A stretch of DNA of 64,000 nucleotides from an uncultured Actinomycetes bacterium (GCA_963725665.1 CAVRZA010000008.1:32001-96000), one strand, 5' to 3'. Counted from the first letter of the stretch, positions 30,365-42,144 are shown. The notes: generated by a model from the sequence alone, not told the origin. A program made the numbers and translations.

Positions 30365-31351
30365 TTACGCGGCTGCCGCCGGGGGTGTCTGCCTCGTCCG
30401 CTCGTCCCTAGCCACGTCGCGCTTCTCGCGCCGCCAGTCCCAGAAGGCCATGAAGGCGGCGCCGAAGCCGACGATCCAGAGCACGCCAACGGCGATGGCG
30501 CCGGCGATCGGGATCAGGCCCACCAGGCGCACGATGAGCACTCCGACGACCCCGGCTAGGAGCAAGCTCTCGTTCTTGGAGCCCAGCCAGGGCAGGACGC
30601 GGTCGCCCACCAGCACGGCCGCGCCGACCGCTCCGAACAAGAACGCTGCGAACACGACCAGTGCCCACGGGAGCAGCGCGAGGATGCCGACGATACTGAT
30701 GATGAGGAGCACCGTCACGACGGGCACCACTACGACGGCGCCCAGCAGTCCCCATCCGAACGTGGGCCAGAAGCGCTCCCGGATGCGGTTCTTGATCGCG
30801 AGGGTCTGCCGCTGCGCCAGGGCGATGATGAGCATGGCGACCAGCGCGTAGAGGATGGTCGAACCGACCCAGCCGACGAGCGAGGTGGTACGGAAGGGTC
30901 TTACGATGGGATCGACGATTCCGGTGCGCCAGATGTCGCCGGCCCAGCTGCCGCTGACCGTCGTGGTCTTGCCGTTCACGACCGCCCCGGACGCGCGTGT
31001 GACCGAGCTGCCGACCAGGACGAGTGTGCTGTCGCCGGCCTTGGCGTTGGCGCCCACAACGGCCGTCGGCAGCAGGTTGACCTTGCCGCCCACGTTGACG
31101 AGCGCGTCTCTGACGGTGCCGGCCACGGTGACGTCTCCTCCCACGACGATGACCGCCGCAGCGGAATCTGTTTGGGGGATCGTGACGTCGCCGCCGACCT
31201 TGAAAACAGTCCCTCGATCGGCCGCCAAGGCTTGGCCGACGAGACCGGGGACCAGCAACAGGACGAGCGTGATGAGCAGCGCGGACACAAGGGCGAAGGC
31301 GGCCCTTGCAGCGACCGGCCGCTCGGCCGTGACGGCCACGGACCGTACCAT
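30365..31351 (-). CDS. Membrane protein with N-terminal bactofilin-like (GGDVT) beta repeats and 5-6 TMs
   Basis: Signal/TM, VGGDVTI..VGGDVTV..VGGKVNL repeats, hydrophobic C-terminus. Confidence 0.7.
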   Translation of the reverse strand: MVRSVAVTAERPVAARAAFALVSALLITLVLLLVPGLVGQALAADRGTVFKVGGDVTIPQTDSAAAVIVVGGDVTVAGTVRDALVNVGGKVNLLPTAVVGANAKAGDSTLVLVGSSVTRASGAVVNGKTTTVSGSWAGDIWRTGIVDPIVRPFRTTSLVGWVGSTILYALVAMLIIALAQRQTLAIKNRIRERFWPTFGWGLLGAVVVVPVVTVLLIISIVGILALLPWALVVFAAFLFGAVGAAVLVGDRVLPWLGSKNESLLLAGVVGVLIVRLVGLIPIAGAIAVGVLWIVGFGAAFMAFWDWRREKRDVARDERTRQTPPAAAA

Positions 31352-31634
31352 TCGCTCACGAGTTCGCGCAGGTGTCTGATATGCGGGAGCCACTGTGTGC
31401 ACCTTGGCACCTCGGGTCTCGTGGATTGCCGGACAAGCGGCTCATCCCCCGCGAGAAGTGCGCACAAGCCGTTTCGCTGGCCACGCGGCGGCCGCACATC
31501 TCGCTGCGTCCGCCGCGGATGGCCAGCGGACCGTTGCATCGGCCACGCTGAGCGGTCGCGGCCACGGATGACGGCCGCGAAGCGGCGGTGGTATCCTATT
31601 CTGCCGCCGCGCGGGTGACCGACGGCGACACGGT

Positions 31635-31711
31635 GGTGAAGGTAGCTCAGGTGGTAGAGCTCCAGGTTGTGGCCCTGGCGGTCGCGGGTTCGAGTCCCGT
31701 CCTTCACCCCA
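31635..31711 (+). tRNA. tRNA-His(GTG) with G-1
   Basis: G-GTGAAGG/CCTTCAC-C-CCA; CCAGG-TT-GTG-GC-CCTGG. Confidence 0.95.
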
Positions 31712-31793
31712 TCTCCCCTGGTGCGACCGGGGTTGCGCTGCGACGCGTGGGGAATACCCGGTTGAGTGCGGTCCGGTCGCGGGGTAAACGCTC

Positions 31794-31879
31794 GCGGGTG
31801 TGGCGGAACTGGTAGACGCGCTAGACTTAGGATCTGGTGGGCACTGCCCGTGGAGGTTCAAGTCCTCTCACCCGCACCA
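31794..31879 (+). tRNA. tRNA-Leu(TAG)
   Basis: CTAGA-CT-TAG-GA-TCTGG; long variable arm; CCA. Confidence 0.95.
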
Positions 31880-31988
31880 AGCAGCACCAGCGGCCCGGCA
31901 CCCCCTCCTTCCGCCGCGGGCGGCGCACTCCCGCAGCCGAACCCGGGGCCGCGCAGCTCGCCACAACAGACGCAAAGGACGAAGAAGA

Positions 31989-33536
31989 GTGAAGACAGAA
32001 GTCAAGCCGGTGGCCGAGAACGAGGTCGTCCTCGAGGTCGAAGTGCCGCAGGACGACATCAAGGACAAGGTGGAGAAGACGATCGAGCGCCTCTCCCGAG
32101 AGATGAGCGTTCCAGGCTTTCGCAAGGGCCATGTCCCGCGAGCGGTCGTCCTCAACCGCCTCGGCAAGGACTACGTGCTGAGCGAGACGCTGCGCGACCA
32201 CCTCGGCGACTGGTACGGCGAGGCTCTCGACGAGGCGAGGGTCGACCCCGTCTCTCAGCCCGACATCGACTTCGACGAGTTCAACGACGACGGCACTTTC
32301 GCCTTCACGGCCAAGGTGCAAGTGCGTCCCACGCCCGTCCTGGGCCAGTACAAGGGTCTCCGTGTGCCGAAGCGGTCGGTCGGAGTGACTGACGCCCAGG
32401 TCGACGCACAGCTCACGATGTTGCAGGAGCGCTTCGCCAGCCTCAAGCCGGTCGAGGGCCGCCCCGTGCGCGAGGACGACTTCGTCGTCATCGACTTCAC
32501 AGGCTCGCGAGACGGCGGACCCATCGAAGGCGCACAGGCGCAGGACTACATGACGCAGGTGGGTCGCGGCGCGCTGATCGGGGGGTTTGACGAGGCCCTG
32601 ATCGGCAGCGAGCAGGGCGAGGAGAAGGAGTTCCCCTTGACCTTCCCGGACGACTACGGCGTCGAGGAGCTGCAGGGTGCTGAGGCCACGTTCACGGTGA
32701 AGGTCAAAGAGATCAAAGAGAAGCTCGTTCCCGCGCTCGACGACGACTTCGCCAAGGAGGCGAGCGAGTTCGAGACTCTGGCGGAGTTGCGCGACGACAT
32801 GCGCGCGCGGCTGCAGCAAGCCCAAGAGGCTGCAGCCGAGCGCGAGTTCCGCTCCGCGGTGATCGACGAGGCGGTCGCCAACGCCAATGTCTCGCTGCCG
32901 CCGGCGATGGTCGACCGGCAGGTCGACGCCCTCTACCACGACCTCGAACACACAGTCCAGGATCAGGGGATGACGATGGAGGCCTACCTGGGCGCCATCG
33001 AGCGCACGCCGGAGCAGGTACACGACGAGCTGCGCCCGCGGGCCGAGGCGAACCTTAAGCGTAGCCTGGTCATCGATGCGGTCCGCGAGGCCGAGAACCT
33101 CGAGGTGACCGACGACGAGGTGCGGGAGCGCATCAAGCACGACGCCGAGATCCTGCAGCGCGATCCCAACCAGCTCGTGATCGACGCGTACGCGTCGGGA
33201 CGGCAGGAACTGGTACGCGAGGAGCTGCTGATGGCCAAGGCGGTCGATGTCCTGGTCGACAACGCGGTCGTCACCGAGACTGAGCCTGCAGTCGACGCCG
33301 AGGAAGAGACCGAGCTCGCAGTCGACGCCGAGGAAGAGACCGAGCTCGCAGTCGACGCCGAGGAAGAGACCGCAGTCGCAGTCGACGCCGAGGAAGAGAC
33401 CGAACTCGCAGTCGACGCCGGGGAAGAGGCCGAGGTCCAGGTCGAAGCAAAGGCCGAGCCTGCGGTCCATGAGGAGGGCGAGCCCGTGCGTGAGGCCGCC
33501 GCCGAGCCCGCGGCGAGCGGCGCGAGCGATACATGA
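31989..33536 (+). CDS. tig: Trigger factor with acidic C-terminal repeat tail
   Basis: PGFRKGHVP ribosome-binding motif, FKBP domain (FPDDY). Confidence 0.95.
   Translation: MKTEVKPVAENEVVLEVEVPQDDIKDKVEKTIERLSREMSVPGFRKGHVPRAVVLNRLGKDYVLSETLRDHLGDWYGEALDEARVDPVSQPDIDFDEFNDDGTFAFTAKVQVRPTPVLGQYKGLRVPKRSVGVTDAQVDAQLTMLQERFASLKPVEGRPVREDDFVVIDFTGSRDGGPIEGAQAQDYMTQVGRGALIGGFDEALIGSEQGEEKEFPLTFPDDYGVEELQGAEATFTVKVKEIKEKLVPALDDDFAKEASEFETLAELRDDMRARLQQAQEAAAEREFRSAVIDEAVANANVSLPPAMVDRQVDALYHDLEHTVQDQGMTMEAYLGAIERTPEQVHDELRPRAEANLKRSLVIDAVREAENLEVTDDEVRERIKHDAEILQRDPNQLVIDAYASGRQELVREELLMAKAVDVLVDNAVVTETEPAVDAEEETELAVDAEEETELAVDAEEETAVAVDAEEETELAVDAGEEAEVQVEAKAEPAVHEEGEPVREAAAEPAASGASDT
33291..33440 (+). 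repeat. 30-bp coding tandem repeat ([10 protein letters not shown]) x5
   Basis: GTCGACGCCGAGGAAGAGACCGAGCTCGCA units. Confidence 0.92.
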
Positions 33537-33622
33537 GGGCACCGCCAGTGCCGATGAACGTCTCAGGACCGACGACGAGACCGACGGTGCCCCCACAGGC
33601 GCCGAAAGGAGTGAAAGCGCAG

Positions 33623-34204
33623 ATGCCTCTGGTCCCCATGGTGGTCGAGCAGACCAGCCGCGGCGAGCGTGCCTTCGACATCTACTCCCGCCTGCTCAAC
33701 GAACGTGTCGTGTTCCTGGGCACGCCGATCAACGACGAGGTCGCCAATCTGGTCGTTGCCCAGCTCATCCATCTAGAATCCGAGGACCCCGACAAGGACA
33801 TCAGCGTCTACATCAACAGCCCCGGTGGGTCGGTGTACTCGGGCTTGGCGATCTACGACACGATGCAGTTCATCAAGCCCGACGTGTCGACGATCTGCGT
33901 GGGGATGGCCATGAGCATGGGCGCCCTCCTGCTCGCCGGGGGGGCGAAAGGAAAGCGCTACGCCCTGCCGAATGCGAAGGTGCTGATCCACCAGGTGCTC
34001 GGCAGTTTCGAGGGTCAGGTCACCGATATCGAGATCCACGCGCGTGAGATGGTCGACATGCGCCGGCGCCTCGACGAGATCCTGGCGAAGCACGCGGATC
34101 AGACGGTGGAGAAGGTGCACGCCGACACCGACCGCGACTACTTCATGTCGGCGGACGAGGCGAAGGCGTACGGCATCATCGACGATGTGATCTCGCATCG
34201 GTAG
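33623..34204 (+). CDS. clpP: ClpP protease subunit
   Basis: DIYSRLL, YINSPGG, AMSMG, IHQ, DRDYF. Confidence 0.96.
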   Translation: MPLVPMVVEQTSRGERAFDIYSRLLNERVVFLGTPINDEVANLVVAQLIHLESEDPDKDISVYINSPGGSVYSGLAIYDTMQFIKPDVSTICVGMAMSMGALLLAGGAKGKRYALPNAKVLIHQVLGSFEGQVTDIEIHAREMVDMRRRLDEILAKHADQTVEKVHADTDRDYFMSADEAKAYGIIDDVISHR

Positions 34205-34223
34205 ATCGGTAGGAGGCATCACC

Positions 34224-35498
34224 TTGGCAGGACCGACCGACAGCAACGATCAGCTCCTCTGCAGCTTCTGCGGCAAGTCGCAACGGCAGGTGAAGAAGTT
34301 GATCGCCGGCCCCGGCGTGTACATCTGCGACGAGTGCATCGACCTCTGCAACGAGATCATCGACGAAGAGCTGACGGCTCCGGCGACGCTCGATCTCGAG
34401 ACGCTGCCGCGTCCGCGCGACATCAACGCCATCCTCAAGGACTACGTCGTGGGGCAGGATGAGGCCAAGCGCACGCTGTCGGTGGCCGTCTACAACCACT
34501 ACAAGCGCATCCAGGCCATCGCCTCGGGCGAGGCCGACGTGGAGCTGCAGAAGTCCAACATCCTTCTGCTCGGGCCGACCGGGTGCGGCAAGACCCTTCT
34601 GGCCCAGACCCTGGCGCGCATCTTGAACGTGCCCTTCGCCATCGCCGACGCCACCGCGCTCACCGAGGCCGGCTACGTCGGTGAGGACGTCGAGAACATC
34701 CTTCTCAAGCTGATCCAAGCGGCCGACTTCGACGTCAAGCGCGCCGAGACCGGGATCATCTACATCGACGAGGTCGACAAGATCGCGCGCAAGGCCGACA
34801 ACCCGTCGATCACGCGGGACGTCTCGGGCGAGGGCGTGCAGCAGGCCTTGCTGAAGATCCTCGAAGGGACCGTGGCCAGCGTGCCGCCGCAGGGTGGACG
34901 CAAGCACCCCCACCAGGAGTTCCTCACCATCGACACGACGAACATCCTCTTCATCTGCGGCGGTGCCTTCGCCGGCCTCGACAAGATCATCGAGCGACGC
35001 ATCGGCAAGCAGGGCGTCGGCTTCATGGCCGACCTCTCCACCATCGCGCAGGCCAAGGACACGGGCGAGATATTCAAGTTCGTGCTGCCCGAGGACCTGC
35101 TCAACTTCGGCCTGATCCCCGAGTTCGTGGGTCGCCTGCCCGTCGTCTCGGCCGTCCACTACCTCGACCAGGATGACCTGGTGCGCATCCTCACCGAGCC
35201 GAAGAACGCGCTCGTGCGCCAATATCAGAAGTTCTTCTCCCTCGACTCCATCGAGCTGGTCTTCGCCGACGAGGCGCTGGGCGCCATAGCTACGAAGGCC
35301 CAGGAGCGGCAGACGGGCGCCCGCGGCCTGCGCTCGATCATCGAGGAGGCGCTGCTCGATGTGATGTTCGAGCTGCCCTCGCGGCGCGACGTGCGCAAGT
35401 GCGTGATCACGCGCGAGACGATCGAGAAGGGCATCAGCCCGACGCTCGTCACCGAGGCCGAGGCCTCGAGTCTCCAACTTGGCGAAGAGTCCGCCTAG
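34224..35498 (+). CDS. clpX: ClpX ATPase
   Basis: CSFCGK zinc-binding domain, [20 protein letters not shown]. Confidence 0.97.
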   Translation: MAGPTDSNDQLLCSFCGKSQRQVKKLIAGPGVYICDECIDLCNEIIDEELTAPATLDLETLPRPRDINAILKDYVVGQDEAKRTLSVAVYNHYKRIQAIASGEADVELQKSNILLLGPTGCGKTLLAQTLARILNVPFAIADATALTEAGYVGEDVENILLKLIQAADFDVKRAETGIIYIDEVDKIARKADNPSITRDVSGEGVQQALLKILEGTVASVPPQGGRKHPHQEFLTIDTTNILFICGGAFAGLDKIIERRIGKQGVGFMADLSTIAQAKDTGEIFKFVLPEDLLNFGLIPEFVGRLPVVSAVHYLDQDDLVRILTEPKNALVRQYQKFFSLDSIELVFADEALGAIATKAQERQTGARGLRSIIEEALLDVMFELPSRRDVRKCVITRETIEKGISPTLVTEAEASSLQLGEESA

Positions 35499-37908
35499 CC
35501 CGGCGACACCCGAGCACGTCCTGCCGCTGCTTCCCACGCGGGAGCTGATCGTCTTCCCCAAGATGGTCGCGCCCATCTTCGTGGGGCGCGAGAAGTCGGT
35601 CAGGGCCATCGAGCGCGCCTTCGCTGAGGGGTCCTCGATCGTCCTCTCGTCGCAGCGCGAGCCGACGATCGAGGACCCGACTCAAGAGGACATTCTGCCC
35701 GTGGGCACGCGGGCGACGATCGTGCAACTCTTCAAGCTGCCCGACGGCAGCGTGAAGGCGCTCGTGGAGGGTCAGGAGCGTGTGCACATCGACGCTTTCG
35801 CTGCCACGACGCCGCACTTCGTCGTCAACGTCACGCCGCTCGTCTCGGCCGATCGCAACGCGCGCCGCAGTCAGGCCCTCGCACGCCGCGTGCTCACCGA
35901 GTTCGGCCTCTACGTCGCCGCGCACCCGCAGATCCCCGACGAGGCGCAGTACATCGTCGGTGCGGCGGCCGACCCCGAGCAGGCGGCCGACCTCGTCGCC
36001 GGCCACCTGCTGGTGAGCTATGAAGAGAAACAGCGGCTCCTCGAGATGGGCTCCACTCAGGAGCGTCTGCGCGCGCTGCTCGAGTCGCTGGTCGAGGAGA
36101 ACGCCGTGCTGCAGCTCGAGCACGAACTGGGCGAGAAGGTGCAGCGGCGCATCGAGTCGATGCAGCGCCAGGCGTTCCTGCACGAGAAGATGCGCACCAT
36201 CCGCGACGAGCTCACCGAGGCGGGGGAGGAGGCCGACGACGAGGCAGGGCGGTACGCGCGCCAGGCCGCCGAGCTGGGGCTGCCCGAGGCGGCGGCCGCC
36301 GTCGTCGAGAAGGAGATCGTCAAGCTACGTACCGCCCCGCCGATGTCGCCCGAGGTCGCCGTCGTGCACACCTTCCTCGACACCGTCCTCGGGCTGCCCT
36401 GGGGAAGGACGGCGGCGACGAGGCTCGACATCGCCGCCGTCGCACGACACCTGGAGCGAACGCACTACGGCCTCAAGGACGTCAAGGACCGCATCCTCGA
36501 GTACCTTGCCGTGAGCAGGCTGTTGGGAAGCGACCAGCCGCACACCATCCTCTGCCTCGTAGGCCCGCCGGGCACGGGCAAGAGCTCGATCGCGCGCGCC
36601 ATCGCCGATGCTCTCGGGCGCCCCTTCGTGCGCGTCTCGCTCGGCGGGGTGCGCGATGAGGCCGAGATCCGCGGTCATCGGCGCACCTACGTAGGGGCGA
36701 TGCCGGGACGCATCATCGACGGTATCGCCAAGGCGGGGGTCGATAACCCCGTGATGCTCCTCGACGAGCTCGACAAGATGGAGTCGGACTGGCGCGGCAA
36801 CCCCGCGGCGGCTCTCATGGAGGTGCTCGACCCGGCGCAGAACTCCGCCTTCCGCGACAACTATCTCGAGGTCGACTACGACCTCTCGCAGGTGTTCTTC
36901 ATCGCCACCGCCAACGACGCCTACGGCATCCCGCACACCCTCTACGACCGCCTCGAGGAGATCGAGACGGGCGGCTACACGCTCGAGGAGAAGGTCGCCA
37001 TCGCGCGCCGGCACCTGCTGCCGCGCACGGCCGCCGAGAGCGGCCTCAAGCGCCGGCAGGTGCGCATCGCCGCCCCCGTCGTGCGGCGGCTGATCCGCGA
37101 GTACACACGCGAGGCCGGCGTGCGCGAGCTCGAGCGGCTGCTGCGGCGTATCTTCCGCAAGGTCGCGCGGCGCCATCTCGAAGAGGGTCTGTCGCTGCCG
37201 ATCGAGGTGACCGCCGACGACCTGGCTGCCTACCTCGGCGAGCCGCGCTACCGTGAGAGCGAGCTATCGCGGCGCCAGATGGTCGGCGAGTGTCTCGGCC
37301 TGGCCTACACCGCCGACGGCGGCGACGTGCTGACGATCGAGGCCAGCATCGCCAAGGGGCGCGGCGAGCTCATCCTCACCGGTCAGCTCGGCGAGGTCAT
37401 GCAGGAGTCGGCGTCGGCGGCGTGGGGCTATCTGCTTGCGCACCTCGAGTCCGACCCCACACTGCGGCAGCTCGCGCGCCGCTCGCGCTACGCCGGCAAG
37501 AGAGGGCTCGATCTGGCCAACCGCGACGTGCGCGTGCACGTCCCCGAGGGCGCTGTGCCCAAGGACGGGCCGTCCGCGGGTCTCGCCATAGCGGCCGCCC
37601 TGCTCTCGGCCGTTACCGGCGTGCCACTGCGGCCGCGCGTGGCCATGACCGGGGAGATAACGCTCTCGGGCCGCGTCCTGCGCGTCGGCGGCCTCAAGGA
37701 GAAGTGCCTGGCCGCGGTGCGCAACGGTGTACGCACGGTGGTGCTGCCCGAGGAGAGCAGGCCCGGTGTGCGCGAGCTGCCCTCCGAGCTGGCGCGCAAG
37801 CTGGAGTTCGTCTACGTGCGCCGCTTCACCGAGGCGCTGCCGCACATCCTCTCGGGATCGGGCCTGGGCGCCGCCGTCCCGGCGGCGAGCCAGGACCCCG
37901 GCTGCTAG
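35479..37908 (+). CDS. lon: Lon protease
   Basis: [34 protein letters not shown]. Confidence 0.95.
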   Translation: MAKSPPSPATPEHVLPLLPTRELIVFPKMVAPIFVGREKSVRAIERAFAEGSSIVLSSQREPTIEDPTQEDILPVGTRATIVQLFKLPDGSVKALVEGQERVHIDAFAATTPHFVVNVTPLVSADRNARRSQALARRVLTEFGLYVAAHPQIPDEAQYIVGAAADPEQAADLVAGHLLVSYEEKQRLLEMGSTQERLRALLESLVEENAVLQLEHELGEKVQRRIESMQRQAFLHEKMRTIRDELTEAGEEADDEAGRYARQAAELGLPEAAAAVVEKEIVKLRTAPPMSPEVAVVHTFLDTVLGLPWGRTAATRLDIAAVARHLERTHYGLKDVKDRILEYLAVSRLLGSDQPHTILCLVGPPGTGKSSIARAIADALGRPFVRVSLGGVRDEAEIRGHRRTYVGAMPGRIIDGIAKAGVDNPVMLLDELDKMESDWRGNPAAALMEVLDPAQNSAFRDNYLEVDYDLSQVFFIATANDAYGIPHTLYDRLEEIETGGYTLEEKVAIARRHLLPRTAAESGLKRRQVRIAAPVVRRLIREYTREAGVRELERLLRRIFRKVARRHLEEGLSLPIEVTADDLAAYLGEPRYRESELSRRQMVGECLGLAYTADGGDVLTIEASIAKGRGELILTGQLGEVMQESASAAWGYLLAHLESDPTLRQLARRSRYAGKRGLDLANRDVRVHVPEGAVPKDGPSAGLAIAAALLSAVTGVPLRPRVAMTGEITLSGRVLRVGGLKEKCLAAVRNGVRTVVLPEESRPGVRELPSELARKLEFVYVRRFTEALPHILSGSGLGAAVPAASQDPGC

Positions 37909-37943
37909 AGGCCGCGGTCCGGCTGGTATACTCGCAAGCCGCC

Positions 37944-40586
37944 ATGGACGCCGAGGCACGCACCTATCTCGAAGCGACGACGCGCTTCGCGCCGCAAGAA
38001 GTCGAAGCGCGCTGGATGGCGGACTGGCTCGAGAGCCACCTCTTCCATGCCGAGGTCGATGCCTCGCGCACGCCCTACTCGATCGTCATCCCGCCGCCCA
38101 ACATCACCGGCAACCTGCACATGGGCCACGCGCTCAACGGGACCATCCAGGATGTGATGATCCGCTACCGCCGCATGCGGGGCGACAACGCCTGCTGGCT
38201 CGTGGGCACTGATCACGCCGGGATCGCCACGCAGAACGTGGTCGAGAAGCAGCTCGCGCGCGAGGGCCTCACCAAGGAGGATCTGGGGCGCGAGGAGTTC
38301 GTGCGGCGCGTCTGGGCCTGGCGCGAACAGTACGGCGGCACGATCATTCAGCAGCTCAAGCGCCTCGGCTGCGCCTGCGACTACGAGCGCGAGCGCTTCA
38401 CCTTCGACGAGGGCTACGTGCGCGCCGTCAACAAGGTGTTCGTCGCCCTGTACGACAAGGGCTGCATCTACAAGGATTCCTACCTCGTCAACTGGTGCCC
38501 GCGCTGCGGCACGGCCATCAGCGACCTCGAGGTCGCCCACGTCGAAGAGCGGGGCAAGCTCTACCACGTGCGCTACGAGCTGGAGGGCGGCGGCTCGGTC
38601 ACGATCGCCACGACGCGCCCCGAGACGATGCTCGGCGACACGGCCGTCGCCGTGAACCCGGGCGACGGCCGCTACGCCGGCATCGTGGGGCGCGTCGCGC
38701 TCCTCCCGCTCCTCGGCCGCCGCCTACCGGTGATCGCCGATGATCGCGTCGAGGCCGAGTTCGGCACCGGGGCGCTCAAGATCACGCCGGCGCACGACAT
38801 CACCGACTTCGAGATCGGCCGCGACCACGGCCTGGACACCGTGCAGGCGATCGGCCCCGACGGGCGCATCACCGAGGCCGGCGGTCCGTACGCCGGCCTG
38901 GGCGTCGACGAGGCGCGCGAGCGCGTCATCGCTGACCTGCTGGCGCAGGGCGCTCTCGAGAAGGCCGAGGAGTTCTCCCACAGTGTTGCCACCTGCGACC
39001 GCTGCGGCACGCACATCGAGCCGCTCATCTCGCTGCAGTGGTTCATGCGCATGGACGAGCTCAAGGAGCCGGCCATGGAGGTGGTGCGCGAGGGCAAGGT
39101 GCGCTTCGTGCCCGAGCGCTGGGCGCGGGTCTACCTCGACTGGATGGAGAACCTGCGTCCCTGGTGCGTCTCGCGCCAGCTCTGGTGGGGGCACCGTCTG
39201 CCCGTGTGGTACTGCGACGATTGCGGCGCCGTGCTCGTGCAGGAGGCAGCGCCGGAGCGTTGCGCGAAGTGCGGCGCGCAGGCGCCGAGGCAGGAGACCG
39301 ACGTCCTCGACACCTGGTTCAGCTCGGCCCTCTGGCCGTTCGCCACCTGGGGCTGGCCCGACGAGACCCCCGACCTCGCGTACTTCTACCCCACAGGCTT
39401 GCTGAGCACGGCGCGCGAGATCATCTTCCTCTGGGTCTCGCGCATGGTGATGATGGGCCTCGAGTTCGTCGGCGAGGTCCCTTTCGACGACGTCTACATC
39501 CACTCGGTGATCCAGGCCGCCGACGGGCGGCGCATGAGCAAGTCGCTGGGCACGGGGATCGACCCTCTGGAGATGATCGACAAGTACGGCGCCGACGCCA
39601 CGCGCTTCGGTCTGCTGGCGATGTCGAGCGGCCAGGACGTGCGCTTCAGCGAAGAGAAGATCGAGATGGGGCGCAACTTCGCGAACAAGCTGTGGAACGC
39701 CTCGCGGCTCGTCTTGCTGGCCGCCGGCGACGTCGAGCTGGCACGCTCCGAGGTCGACCAGGTCGACCGCTGGATCGAGAGCCGCCTCGCGCGCTGCGTG
39801 GCCGCGGTCCAGGAAGCGCTCGCCGCCTATGACTTCTCGGAGGCGGTGGACACGGCCTACCACTTCGTGTGGGACGAGTTCTGCGACTGGTACCTCGAGA
39901 TGGCCAAGCTACGCGTCTACGGCGACGACGAAGCGCAGCGGCTCGTGGCGGCCGGCCACGCGCGCTACATGCTCGACGCGATCCTGCGTCTGCTGCACCC
40001 CTTCCTGCCCTTCGTCACCGAACAGGTCGCCGCCCTCACCGACGAGGCTCCGCTGCTGGAGCGCCGCTACCCGCGGGTCGACGAGGCGCGTCTGGCGCCC
40101 GCCGACGAGCGAATCATCGCCCAACTTCAGAAGGCGATTGTCGCGGTTCGAACCTATCGAGCCGAGACGGGCGTCCCCCAGAGCGCAAGGCTTGTCGCAA
40201 GACTCCTGCCAGATAGCCACGACATAGCGGAGCTCTTCCGACAGTACGAGTCCGTGATTGCTGGCCTGACACGGACAACTATCCAAGCGAGCGGCACGGC
40301 TCGGGTTACCTTCTCCGCGACAGCCAACGTGATTGTCATTCCAGGTGGGACTCGACTTGAGGTCGAGGCGCTTGGCGTCGACCGTGCCGAGGAGCAGAAG
40401 CGGCTGCAGGTGCAGCTCGCGAGGCTCGACGCCGAGGTCGGTCGCGCCGAGGCCAAGCTGGCGAACGAATCGTTCGTGGGCAAGGCGCCGGCGGCTGTGG
40501 TCGAGAAGGAGCGCGAGAAGCTCGCCGCCTACCGCGCCGACCGCGACGAACTGTCCGCGCGGCTCGCCCTGCTTCAGCAAGGCTGA
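37944..40586 (+). CDS. valS: Valine--tRNA ligase
   Basis: PPPNITGNLHMGH, SRQLWWGH, RMSKS, C-terminal coiled coil; TGG-TATACT promoter at 37924-32. Confidence 0.97.
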   Translation: MDAEARTYLEATTRFAPQEVEARWMADWLESHLFHAEVDASRTPYSIVIPPPNITGNLHMGHALNGTIQDVMIRYRRMRGDNACWLVGTDHAGIATQNVVEKQLAREGLTKEDLGREEFVRRVWAWREQYGGTIIQQLKRLGCACDYERERFTFDEGYVRAVNKVFVALYDKGCIYKDSYLVNWCPRCGTAISDLEVAHVEERGKLYHVRYELEGGGSVTIATTRPETMLGDTAVAVNPGDGRYAGIVGRVALLPLLGRRLPVIADDRVEAEFGTGALKITPAHDITDFEIGRDHGLDTVQAIGPDGRITEAGGPYAGLGVDEARERVIADLLAQGALEKAEEFSHSVATCDRCGTHIEPLISLQWFMRMDELKEPAMEVVREGKVRFVPERWARVYLDWMENLRPWCVSRQLWWGHRLPVWYCDDCGAVLVQEAAPERCAKCGAQAPRQETDVLDTWFSSALWPFATWGWPDETPDLAYFYPTGLLSTAREIIFLWVSRMVMMGLEFVGEVPFDDVYIHSVIQAADGRRMSKSLGTGIDPLEMIDKYGADATRFGLLAMSSGQDVRFSEEKIEMGRNFANKLWNASRLVLLAAGDVELARSEVDQVDRWIESRLARCVAAVQEALAAYDFSEAVDTAYHFVWDEFCDWYLEMAKLRVYGDDEAQRLVAAGHARYMLDAILRLLHPFLPFVTEQVAALTDEAPLLERRYPRVDEARLAPADERIIAQLQKAIVAVRTYRAETGVPQSARLVARLLPDSHDIAELFRQYESVIAGLTRTTIQASGTARVTFSATANVIVIPGGTRLEVEALGVDRAEEQKRLQVQLARLDAEVGRAEAKLANESFVGKAPAAVVEKEREKLAAYRADRDELSARLALLQQG

Positions 40587-40592
40587 CGCCCG

Positions 40593-41903
40593 GTGGCTGC
40601 CGGCGGGGGTCGCGGCGCGGATTGGGAGGCGTACCTTCGTTCGCTAGCGGTCTTCGGCATGCGGCCCGGTCTCGAGCGGGTCGCTGCCCTGCTGGGCGCA
40701 CTCGGAGGCCCGCACGAACGCTTTCGCGCCATCCACGTCGTTGGCACTAACGGCAAGTCCTCGACGACCCGCTACGCCGAAGCCATCCTGCGCGCCCACG
40801 GCGTGCGTTCGGGGGCGTACCTCTCGCCACACATCACCGGCTTCGCCGAGCGCGTCTTGGTCGACGGGCGCTCGATCGCGGCTGAGGAGCTCGGCGACGC
40901 GGTCGCACGCGTGCGAGCCGAGAGCGAGCGCCTCCCGGCCGCTCTCGGCCCCGTGACGCAGTTCGAGGTGCTCACCGTGGCGGCGTTCATCGCTCTGGCG
41001 TCTGCCGGTGTGACGCATGCCGCGATCGAGGCCGGCCTGGGCGGTCGGCTCGACGCCACCAACTGCCTACACGCGCCTGTGGTCGTGCTCACGAGCGTCG
41101 AGCTCGAGCACACCGAGGTGCTGGGCGACACGCGCGAGGCGATCTTCGCCGAGAAGATCGCCGTTGTCGGATCGGGGGCGGACGTCGTGTTCGGCCCGCT
41201 CGAGGGACTCGAGGGGCTCGCGCGGGCGGCGTGCCGGCGTGCGCGGGCGCGGGCGCACTTCTTCGTCGAGCCGGCGGCAGCGGGCACCGAGAACGTGAGC
41301 GTGGCTGGCGGGCCCCAGCGATTCTCGGTGGTTACCGCACGACGCGCCTACGACGCTCTCAGTCTGCCGACGGAGGCGTCCTACCAGGTCGTCAACGCGG
41401 CCCTCGCCGTCGCTGCGTGTGAGCTTCTGTTCGGCGAGCTCGACCCCGAAGCCGTGCGCGCGGCGCTTGCGTCGACCGCCGTGCCGGGTCGGCTGCAGGT
41501 GGTGGCGCGACGGCCGCTGGTGCTCGCCGACGGGGCGCACAACCCGCACGGGATGCGCGTCCTGGCGGCGAGCCTCGCGGCCGTCGCGAGGCCCGCGCCG
41601 CGCGTGGGCGTCGTCGCCATGCTGCGCGACAAGGCCGTCGCCGAGATGCTGGCCGGCCTGGCGCCGCTGATCGACGAGCTGGTGTGCACGCGGGCGAGCG
41701 AAGAGCGCAGCCTCACGGCCGATGAGCTCGCTGCGCGGGCGCGCGCCGCCGGCGTCCCCGCCGGCGGCGCGGGCCCGCGCAGCGAGCCCGATCCGCATCG
41801 TGCGCTCGCGCTCGCCGAAGAGCTCGCCGGGGTGGGGGGGTCAGTGCTCGTGACGGGGTCGCTCTACCTGCTCTCTGACCTCGCCGACGTGCTCGCCCAG
41901 TGA
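40593..41903 (+). CDS. folC: Folylpolyglutamate synthase/dihydrofolate synthase
   Basis: GTNGKSS, SPH, EAGLGGRLDATN, DGAHN, GSLYL. Confidence 0.93.
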   Translation: MAAGGGRGADWEAYLRSLAVFGMRPGLERVAALLGALGGPHERFRAIHVVGTNGKSSTTRYAEAILRAHGVRSGAYLSPHITGFAERVLVDGRSIAAEELGDAVARVRAESERLPAALGPVTQFEVLTVAAFIALASAGVTHAAIEAGLGGRLDATNCLHAPVVVLTSVELEHTEVLGDTREAIFAEKIAVVGSGADVVFGPLEGLEGLARAACRRARARAHFFVEPAAAGTENVSVAGGPQRFSVVTARRAYDALSLPTEASYQVVNAALAVAACELLFGELDPEAVRAALASTAVPGRLQVVARRPLVLADGAHNPHGMRVLAASLAAVARPAPRVGVVAMLRDKAVAEMLAGLAPLIDELVCTRASEERSLTADELAARARAAGVPAGGAGPRSEPDPHRALALAEELAGVGGSVLVTGSLYLLSDLADVLAQ

Positions 41904-41960
41904 CCGAGTCGAGCGAGATGCCCTTGGTCTATACTAGGCCGACCCGTCGAAAGGCAGAGG

Positions 41961-42089
41961 ATGGCCGCCGGTTCGAGCACCTTGGTCCGCATCTTGTTCA
42001 CGATCCTGCTGTTGCTCGCCGTGGCCGTCGTCTCGTTCTTCATCGGCTACCTGATCGGCCCGCCGCTGCTGAACAGGGTACTCGGGTGA
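41961..42089 (+). CDS. Small single-TM protein (42 aa), absent from the ORF track
   Basis: MAAGSSTLVRILFTILLLLAVAVVSFFIGYLIGPPLLNRVLG; TATACT at 41930-35. Confidence 0.6.
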   Translation: MAAGSSTLVRILFTILLLLAVAVVSFFIGYLIGPPLLNRVLG

Positions 42090-42144
42090 CGCGTAGAAGA
42101 GACGTCCGTCCCACGGCACGTGGACGAACGAGGAGGACGAGACG

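Noticed and set aside
31380-31470. SAM-I-like words (GGCAA..GGTGCCAA) on the minus strand
   Set aside because: Remaining core motifs are absent and the downstream gene is unrelated to sulfur metabolism
33291-33440. 30-bp repeats as CRISPR
   Set aside because: In-frame tandem coding repeat in tig, no spacers
37290-37943. N-terminal extensions of valS (also tig, hutI, rodA, yqeK) in the ORF track
   Set aside because: Upstream open frame overlaps other genes or tRNAs; better starts lie downstream
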